A stretch of 17,768 bases of DNA, taken from contig CAZPWM010000064.1 in the NCBI GenBank assembly GCA_964590575.1, positions 1 through 17,768 of the forward strand. Reading direction: 5' to 3'. Shown here in pieces: positions 1 to 6,752 of this stretch; the first letter of the stretch is position 1; the number at the start of each line of letters is the position of its first letter. The notes below the pieces were generated by a model, which was not told where the DNA came from, did not search any database, and saw nothing but the letters and a program-made list of their open reading frames with translations. Position numbers and translations under genes: made by a program. The DNA is from an uncultured archaeon (lineage in GTDB: Archaea > Asgardarchaeota > Thorarchaeia > Thorarchaeales > Thorarchaeaceae).

Positions 1-471
1 TTACGAAAAAGACTGACCCGTGGTCGTACCATTCTCGGGATGATTGCCGCCTCGTTGTATTTAGCCTGTCGTGTTCATCAGGTTCCACGTCCTCTTGAGG
101 AGATTGTTGAACAGATACACATCACACGTAAGGAACTCAGCCTCTGTGTTCGACTTATACTTAGGTATCTTAATCTTAAGATACCCCATAGCAACCCTGT
201 GGAGTTCGTTCATCGCTTCGGCACTGAACTAGACCTTCCAGGTGAGGCGAAGAAGAAGGCCATTGATATCCTACAGTTGGCGAGAGAGCAACGACTCACC
301 ATTGGCAAAGATCCCAAAGGAATGGCGGCTGCTGCAATCTATGTTGCTAGCATTCTCACAGGTGCTAGACGGACCCAACTTGAGATTGCACGAACTGCAC
401 GTGTGACTGAGGTCACCGTGAGGAACCGCTACAAGGAAATGGTGGAGAAATTAGGTATCTCGACCACTTGA
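1..471 (+). CDS. tfb: Transcription initiation factor IIB (TFB), 5'-truncated by the window edge
   Basis: The frame is open from base 1 (LRKRLTRGRTILGMIAASLY...). Two cyclin repeats with GR(T) and GKDPKGMAAAAIY motifs and the C-terminal HTH TQLEIARTARVTEVTVRNRYKE. Confidence 0.96.
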   Translation, partial: LRKRLTRGRTILGMIAASLYLACRVHQVPRPLEEIVEQIHITRKELSLCVRLILRYLNLKIPHSNPVEFVHRFGTELDLPGEAKKKAIDILQLAREQRLTIGKDPKGMAAAAIYVASILTGARRTQLEIARTARVTEVTVRNRYKEMVEKLGISTT

Positions 472-476
472 GCTAC

Positions 477-509
477 AGAGGGGGTTTTCCCCCTCTATCT
501 TCCCTTTTT
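477..509 (+). terminator. Probable tfb terminator (hairpin plus pyrimidine/T tract)
   Basis: Perfect 8-bp stem AGAGGGGG-TTTT-CCCCCTCT (477-496), followed by ATCTTCCCTTTTT, just after the stop codon. Confidence 0.7.
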
Positions 510-566
510 CTAATTCCTAAGGTTTATTGTCCTTCAGACATATTCCATTAGTGAGGAATCAAATTC

Positions 567-764
567 ATGATTTGGTTGGTCTTTGTGGGGCTATTCGTAA
601 TTGGCCTATATTGGTTGAACTCAAGGCCAGGTGATGGAACCCATCATGACCAACGGGCACGTGCAGCACACCTCCGTTTAATAGAACAAAAAAGAATCGA
701 AGCTGAAATCGCTTTCAGGCAAGCCGACCAACAACGTCACTATAGAGGATGGCGTAGGCGATAA
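567..764 (+). CDS. Small hypothetical protein with an N-terminal membrane anchor and Arg-rich C-terminus (65 aa)
   Basis: ATG start preceded by GTGAGG (551-556) and a TTTATT element (~523-528). Hydrophobic first 17 aa, then a basic helical tail. Confidence 0.55.
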   Translation: MIWLVFVGLFVIGLYWLNSRPGDGTHHDQRARAAHLRLIEQKRIEAEIAFRQADQQRHYRGWRRR

Positions 765-868
765 ATCTCAAGTCTACAAACATATTTCGCCCGTCGTATA
801 TAGTATAAGCTCTTTCAAGAAAGTTGTTTATTTACTCAATAGTGTTGAAAGTTTCCATTGTTTTCAGA

Positions 869-3800
869 TTACTTCAAATCGTTTCTCAGTTTCAAGCCTC
901 GCTCATAATACTCTCTTCTCGTTCCCACGCCTAACTTCCACAACTCAACATCATCAGGTATGACCCCAAATGCCTTTTCTACTTCATTCCTCGAGTCTTC
1001 GGGATTGTTATTACCCATTAGTATCTCAGCCTTCAAAACTCTAGCTATAAACAGGTACCACTTTACTTCCTCATCTTCTAAATTCATAGTCACGAGATGT
1101 GAGATATTTTCATCAACTCGTTCTAGTGCCACATCAAATCGCTCTTGTCTGAGATAATACTCCACTAACTGGTTTGCATGGGAGCCCATAGCCTTGAGCT
1201 TACCCTCCTCTCGATATTCCTCAATAAACATAATCAATTCAGCCTCTTTGCGGTCGATACCATCTGCTTCCAGTTCATCGTCATCAAGAATTCCTCTCAA
1301 CATCATACGAAACTCCTCCTTGTTCTCAAGAGTATAATCAGACAATGCTCCCTCATCTAGGACATCAATAACTGAGTCTGTATCATCATCTTCACCTAGT
1401 GTGAACTCCTCTTCATAGATCACAACCTCATTCTCTTCCCAGATACTCAGAGTTATTCTCATCCCTTTTCCAGTTTGTGCAACATCAACTCGACACAGAG
1501 GCTTTTCATCTCCCCATCCATAGGCCTTGAGTTGTTCTCTAATACCATCAAGCTCCTCATCATAGTTGTAGATGTTGTCTCTTGATGCACCAATCATCTT
1601 CAACTCCCCGACCAGTTCTTCTATCATGCCCTCGAGATTTAAGGTTCCATTCAGTTTCATAGTAAATGTCTTTCCCATCCAAGACTGTTTAGTCAGTGTT
1701 GAATTTAGAGTCCAATGAATCATCCCCTTCTTGAACACACTCGATAATATCCACTCTCCCTCTGGGAGTGAGAACTCCTGGTCCTCATGTTCCTCGTCAT
1801 CATAGCTGAGAGCATGAACAAGCCGTGACTCCTCAGCTAATCCTGATGGCAGTCGCACACGTGTTAGTTGACTTACATCGATTTCAAGGGTGAAGTCTTT
1901 TCCAATACTAGCATCAACAAGTTCCTCACATTCAACAAGAAGTTCCAACTCATAGGGGTTCATCCATTCATCCTCAAGTGTCTTCAACTGCGACTTCTTT
2001 GGCAGCCCTTTGAGCTTGACCGTGATGAAGTTGAACTCACCCTTGTTTCGACGAACTTCATCTACCTCTGCCACAAGGGTGATTGTCCCTCCATCCCTTG
2101 TTTGGAGAAGCTCTGCACAAGTCTTGGGAAACAGATTCCCCAGTGAGAAGAGATCAACACGATGAACGAGAGGTGTGAAAAATGAGAGATATATGACATG
2201 CGCCTTTTCTCCACGTCGGTCGACGACAGCAGAATACTCTATGTCTTTCTTATGGTCCCAGAACAGCAGTCCACCATCATCTGTTCTTAGAGGTGTACCC
2301 TTCAAGTATGGGTGCTTCAACAAACCAATGAGCTCATACGTGTTTCTCAGCTCGTAGGAATGTCCTGAGCTGAACTCTACACGATAGCGCTCTGTTTCAA
2401 GGTTAATACTCACTTGGGTTTTCACATCCTCAATCTCTTCCGAACCTTTGAAGGCTCCAAAGAGCAACGAGTCCACATTTGCATCAACCTTGAGAATCTG
2501 CTCAGGTCTGCTTTTCTCCAGTTCCAAGAACAGACTCTCCGGAATTGGTGAGAGTTTAAGCCAACGTAACAGTCGTCCATCATCTCTGCTTGTGGCAAAC
2601 TCAAGAACCACAGGTGCAGTCCATTTGTCCTCTCCCTCAATCTCATCAATGAACCAGAGGATACAGGTTTCACCGATATTCGTAAGAGCTATCTGACTTC
2701 TCGCTGAGGATTCAGTCATAGTCCTAACAGAGGTCCTCAACGTTGATGGGTCAGTTATACATTGATTCCAGCCGAGCTTCAGTCCGTGACCTTCTAGATC
2801 TGATACAAGACCAATGAGTGGTTGGTCTGCATCTGGAAGCACAACCCATGCATTTGGTACTCCTTCCCTCTCCATCCAGATAAGCTGTCCATAAACTACA
2901 TCCTCGGTGGAAATTTGAGGTTGTATGGTATCCCTCAGACACGTTGCGCGGAACATCAGCCTCGAATAGATGAATTGGAAGTCATACTGTGATTGTGCCG
3001 TCTCTTCCGCGTGATCCATTGGCTGAAAACCCATCTGATACAGTTGCCATTCAACCATCGACTCCCATAGGGTTATGACAAGACCTTCAGAGGGTTTGAG
3101 AGAGTGTGTCTTGATGACTGTGAGAAGAGCAAGGAACAGGTTGTTCCCATAGAGTGAGATGATATCAGGACACAGCTCCTTCGCCATCTGCAGTACAGCC
3201 CTGTTGTCAGTTGTAAGGATGTCACCAAGTGTTTCTCTGGAGCCTTCAACCTCACTCCAGATTTGAGCTCTCCATGGATCACGAAGTATGATGTCCCGTA
3301 CTTCTTGAAGGGCAGTGACTAGAGTCTCTTCATCATGAGTGTCTAAGCGTACATCTACACACAGTCTGACTATATCCCGACAACATGAGTAAAGGTTACT
3401 GTTCTTGTGAAGTTGTTTCATGAGGAACTTTGCCGCACTCCTGAGTCGCCTAATCTCTCTCTTACTAGCTGATAAGGTGTTCACCTCATCCAGTCCCGTC
3501 CTTTGATACATTGGGGGCCTTCGAGAAACCCCCACCTCATACTCTTGGTCATTAGAATCAATGGGTATCTTGTCATAATACCATCCTCTCTTGATCTTTG
3601 AGAACTCAATATATTGTTTCTTTGACCTGGGAGGTCGTGGAGGAGGTCTATCGGGAACAAAGTTCATCCTATCAGTGAGCAAGGGAGAGTCATTGGATGT
3701 GACAGCTAGCGAGACGCTCTGCCATTTTTCTTCCGTGGTTTGTTCTTCATGCGTGGATGACATCTCACGCCTTAGAAGACTCGGAACGAGAGTCATTCCA

Positions 3801-6517
3801 ATGTTCTGTAATTGGTTCACAGTCTCCGATGTGAGAGATGTAAGTGATGAGTGAACTTTCTTGAGTGTCACAGAACGACCGTACATTGGCTCGCCCTCGA
3901 AGTCACCCCCATAGACCTCTGCTCCAGGAACTACTCCTTCTCTTCTGGAGAGCCCTCTGTATTTTCGCGCCCACCCCTTCAAGTGTGGTACCCTTATGGG
4001 TTGTATCCATGGAGGTGCTTTTGTTGGAGTGTCTTGAATGATTAGTCTTGTGTCCTCGTTTCTTGGAGTTCGCCAGCCAAAGACCCGAGGAGCAATTGGG
4101 ACATTGTAGATGATCTCATCAATGTGAAACCGTCTGGGGGAGTCGTGACGAAGAGGTCGTACACAAGCTCTCTGATAGTGCTTGTTCATCCTAGTGTGAG
4201 AGACTCCATTGTCGATCCAAATCACATTCACGTTTTGAGAGGGCAGAGTGTCCAGAAGTCGGTCCTCCAAATTTCTTAGAATGTTCATTTTTCTTGGTGA
4301 GGTCATTTCTTTCAGTTGTGCCCACCCATCAACTATGATGATCCTCTCAGAGTCGGTTGTTTCCTTGCTATGAAGTGGCTCTAAGACACTTACGAGTTCA
4401 ACGTCTGTACCAGAGAGAACCGAGTCAATAGTAGCTCGCAAGTTGAGGAAGGTGACATTATCCAAGAGTGCTGTCAGTGTCTTGTGCATCCCTCTCGTAA
4501 TCTGTCTCTTTTTCAGCAAGATGTCAAGACCGAATCTTCTCTTCATGAGATGGTCAGTGGGATAGTCTCCCAAAAAATCTAGCCAATAGACCTGTAGCTT
4601 CTTGTTCGATGGTTGAGAGACCTCCTCGATATGATTCAATAAGTGCCAGTTCCGAGAAACCCATGCTGCAGCATTCCCGAAAGAAGTAGATGAGGGAATC
4701 GAAACATAGTGGGTCAATATTCGATCATCTGACACTCTCTCCTTGAATGGGTCCTCAACGGAGAGTGACAAAACAGGAGATTGCTCCTTGAAGAGTTCAT
4801 CCAAGTTCTCGCCCTCAAGGAGCAGAAGTGCAACTCGTAGAGTGGCACCCTCCTCATCCTTTGAGTCGAAGGTGAGTGTTCTGGATTCGTTCTTACTAAG
4901 CTCGCCAGTGAGAATCCCATTGGTCAGTTCATCCAGAAGAGTGTGGAATGCATCAAAGACCTCTGAGTAATCTTGGTCAGTGTCAAGTACAATGACTCCT
5001 TTCCAGAGGTTCTTTGGAATAGTGACACCAGCAGGGTTTATTCTCTTACTCTCTTCGAGCAATGCTTTCTCATAAGCCTCGAGCTGTGTCAGGACCCGAT
5101 CATCCGGGTCTGATTCTATCGTTCTTCCCCACTCGTCTTCTGATAAAACCCGTTTCCATGCATAGAGTGCTGGGGGCATTTCTTTTTTCTTTCCGGTGTG
5201 GATGGCATAGAGATTGAAGTCAAAAGAGGTCTTCGACTTGACCTCAATGATCATCACTGGTGTCCACAACACAAGCCCCTTGATGTTCCGTCTGATGAAA
5301 AACGTAAGATCTATCCTCCCCTTCTCTCCAAGCCCTGTAACTGGAAGCTCACCAACAATCAGAATTGATGAAGGTTGGTCAAGCATCTTATCTCCTGCAA
5401 AGATGACTGACCTTAACGACTTGGGGTGGTGAAGGTCTGAGAGTAGAATTCTGTGCCAGTCGTTTCCCTCTTTCTGAGAGAGTGCGAGGACTTGGTCAAA
5501 GAGCTTTTCAACATCCCTATCGACAATTCTTCCTTGGTCGATATGGTCTAGTATCTCGGAGTATCTCTCTCTTGTCTTTGCATCATGAGTTTCAGCGATC
5601 AGCTCGCTTACTTTGGCCCATAGGATGTCTACAGTGGGTTCTGGGATGTCTATATCCAGCTCTCTTGTGATGGATTGCCTCTTTCCCACATGGCTGCTAT
5701 ATAGACTACGAATCTCTAGAACTAGCGTTCTCAGCTCTTTGTCAGCATCAGGCTCGAAGTAGTTTCTACCACTCTTTCCCTCAGAATAGACATAGTCCAA
5801 GAACGGAGTGAGTCGATGGATCAACAACCTGATGTATCTATGAGCATCAGAACGTGGAACATTGTGGATGAAACACTGACGGACCAGCTCCACGCTATGG
5901 GCACGAATCATATCAACAAAGTCAAGTCCTGGGAGAGTGGGATGAGTTAGCAACACTGTCGGGAATTTTCTATTTCCTTTGTATCCTGCTTTCCAGTGCG
6001 TTTCATTGGCATCATCATGGGCATACTTGGATACATGCTTCTTCTGGATTGTTGCCTTCGTTCCATCTGAATATTTCCTTATCTGGAATTTCTCTGGCTC
6101 TGGAAAGGGGTATCTCGTCGTAGCAAGGTCTCTCAAACGTGCTCCAAGATAGTTGAGTAAAGCATTTAGTGGTCCAACTGTGCCTTCCTCCCAGCTATAT
6201 ACTCGTTTGAACTCATTGTTTCCAAAACGTCGTGTGCTGTGCCAGAGGATCTTGAGAAAGAATCTTCTCAGGTTTGCCTCTGCGTTCTTAATTGGTGTGA
6301 AATCAAGTCGCGATTTTCCCACGCTTTCTCTTCTTCTCTTTTGTTCTGCTCTAGCCTCGCTCCAGTGTGTCAGAATACTCTCTAGGTACTTGCAAGTCTT
6401 CTTGTCAACCCGTTTCCTTGCAAGTCTGACCAAAGCAGTTAGCCCAGTGTAGATTGATGCTGTTAGGATGGCATTGGGGTTCATCTCTCTAGGCTTGCGG
6501 CCCATTGCAATCAGCAT
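869..6517 (-). CDS. Giant (1882 aa) multidomain protein: basic N-terminal region, RecB/Cas4-type PD-(D/E)XK nuclease, degenerate RecA/KaiC-like P-loop fold, acidic TPR-like C-terminus
   Basis: Uninterrupted 5.6-kb ORF. Motifs E390...GRID403...IIE425VK427S...Q478LEAY482. RecA-like order of elements YVSIPSSTSFGN (no GKT), VYWLD, IIIVD730GW, VIWID. The true start may be ATG 6505 (MGRKPR), given the TATA box at 6534-6541. Confidence 0.85.
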   Translation of the reverse strand: MLIAMGRKPREMNPNAILTASIYTGLTALVRLARKRVDKKTCKYLESILTHWSEARAEQKRRRESVGKSRLDFTPIKNAEANLRRFFLKILWHSTRRFGNNEFKRVYSWEEGTVGPLNALLNYLGARLRDLATTRYPFPEPEKFQIRKYSDGTKATIQKKHVSKYAHDDANETHWKAGYKGNRKFPTVLLTHPTLPGLDFVDMIRAHSVELVRQCFIHNVPRSDAHRYIRLLIHRLTPFLDYVYSEGKSGRNYFEPDADKELRTLVLEIRSLYSSHVGKRQSITRELDIDIPEPTVDILWAKVSELIAETHDAKTRERYSEILDHIDQGRIVDRDVEKLFDQVLALSQKEGNDWHRILLSDLHHPKSLRSVIFAGDKMLDQPSSILIVGELPVTGLGEKGRIDLTFFIRRNIKGLVLWTPVMIIEVKSKTSFDFNLYAIHTGKKKEMPPALYAWKRVLSEDEWGRTIESDPDDRVLTQLEAYEKALLEESKRINPAGVTIPKNLWKGVIVLDTDQDYSEVFDAFHTLLDELTNGILTGELSKNESRTLTFDSKDEEGATLRVALLLLEGENLDELFKEQSPVLSLSVEDPFKERVSDDRILTHYVSIPSSTSFGNAAAWVSRNWHLLNHIEEVSQPSNKKLQVYWLDFLGDYPTDHLMKRRFGLDILLKKRQITRGMHKTLTALLDNVTFLNLRATIDSVLSGTDVELVSVLEPLHSKETTDSERIIIVDGWAQLKEMTSPRKMNILRNLEDRLLDTLPSQNVNVIWIDNGVSHTRMNKHYQRACVRPLRHDSPRRFHIDEIIYNVPIAPRVFGWRTPRNEDTRLIIQDTPTKAPPWIQPIRVPHLKGWARKYRGLSRREGVVPGAEVYGGDFEGEPMYGRSVTLKKVHSSLTSLTSETVNQLQNIGMTLVPSLLRREMSSTHEEQTTEEKWQSVSLAVTSNDSPLLTDRMNFVPDRPPPRPPRSKKQYIEFSKIKRGWYYDKIPIDSNDQEYEVGVSRRPPMYQRTGLDEVNTLSASKREIRRLRSAAKFLMKQLHKNSNLYSCCRDIVRLCVDVRLDTHDEETLVTALQEVRDIILRDPWRAQIWSEVEGSRETLGDILTTDNRAVLQMAKELCPDIISLYGNNLFLALLTVIKTHSLKPSEGLVITLWESMVEWQLYQMGFQPMDHAEETAQSQYDFQFIYSRLMFRATCLRDTIQPQISTEDVVYGQLIWMEREGVPNAWVVLPDADQPLIGLVSDLEGHGLKLGWNQCITDPSTLRTSVRTMTESSARSQIALTNIGETCILWFIDEIEGEDKWTAPVVLEFATSRDDGRLLRWLKLSPIPESLFLELEKSRPEQILKVDANVDSLLFGAFKGSEEIEDVKTQVSINLETERYRVEFSSGHSYELRNTYELIGLLKHPYLKGTPLRTDDGGLLFWDHKKDIEYSAVVDRRGEKAHVIYLSFFTPLVHRVDLFSLGNLFPKTCAELLQTRDGGTITLVAEVDEVRRNKGEFNFITVKLKGLPKKSQLKTLEDEWMNPYELELLVECEELVDASIGKDFTLEIDVSQLTRVRLPSGLAEESRLVHALSYDDEEHEDQEFSLPEGEWILSSVFKKGMIHWTLNSTLTKQSWMGKTFTMKLNGTLNLEGMIEELVGELKMIGASRDNIYNYDEELDGIREQLKAYGWGDEKPLCRVDVAQTGKGMRITLSIWEENEVVIYEEEFTLGEDDDTDSVIDVLDEGALSDYTLENKEEFRMMLRGILDDDELEADGIDRKEAELIMFIEEYREEGKLKAMGSHANQLVEYYLRQERFDVALERVDENISHLVTMNLEDEEVKWYLFIARVLKAEILMGNNNPEDSRNEVEKAFGVIPDDVELWKLGVGTRREYYERGLKLRNDLK

Positions 6518-6533
6518 ACTTTCTTAATATTAA

Positions 6534-6541
6534 TTTATAAA
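6534..6541 (-). promoter_or_regulatory. TATA box of the giant gene
   Basis: TTTATAAA about 30 bp upstream of ATG 6505, the usual spacing for a short-leader archaeal transcript. Confidence 0.55.
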
Positions 6542-6542
6542 G

Positions 6543-6589
6543 AATACGTTTCTAATGGTGAATTGAATAAGGCATATTAGAACCCTATT
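6543..6589. repeat. Imperfect inverted repeat (12/14) in the divergent promoter region, possible operator
   Basis: AATACGTTTCTAAT (6543-6556) and ATTAGAACCCTATT (6576-6589), 19-bp spacer. Confidence 0.5.
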
Positions 6590-6630
6590 TTTAAAATAAA
6601 ATGCTCATAATCCTTTATTATAAGAACGGC

Positions 6631-6645
6631 CTAATAAGTTTATAA
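6631..6645 (+). promoter_or_regulatory. BRE/TATA promoter for the tnpB leader transcript
   Basis: CTAATAAG-TTTATAA, predicting a start site near 6665-6670. Confidence 0.55.
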
Positions 6646-6741
6646 CCTCCGAAATAATAGAAAAGGTAGGAGTTCAAAACCTTCCTGATTGATATGAAAG
6701 GGAGTGAACTCGAAAGAGACAGGTCAGAAGTTTATAACCTC
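6636..6741 (+). repeat. Exact 14-bp direct repeat AAGTTTATAACCTC (6636-6649 and 6728-6741)
   Basis: Read directly from the sequence; 78 bp lie between the copies. Confidence 0.95.
6665..6741 (+). ncRNA. Putative crRNA-like guide unit in the tnpB leader (repeat-like 6702-6727, guide from 6728)
   Basis: 6702-6720 is complementary to 8462-8479. The segment ends in AGGTCAG, resembling archaeal IS200/IS605-type right ends, and is followed immediately by the 14-nt promoter match. Function is inferred. Confidence 0.45.
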
Positions 6742-6752
6742 AGGTGAAACAG

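Noticed and set aside
812-851. CTTTCAA...TTGAAAG 40-bp segment resembling an archaeal CRISPR repeat
   Set aside because: Single copy in an AT-rich convergent intergenic region; more likely a terminator-region palindrome or chance.
960-6452. Numerous short ORFs (60-99 aa) within or antisense to the giant gene
   Set aside because: Shadow ORFs fully overlapping a long coherent CDS, with no motifs.
6636-6741. 14-bp direct repeats as a CRISPR array
   Set aside because: Only two copies, too short, with a 78-bp spacer and no cas1/cas2. One copy is a TATA box.
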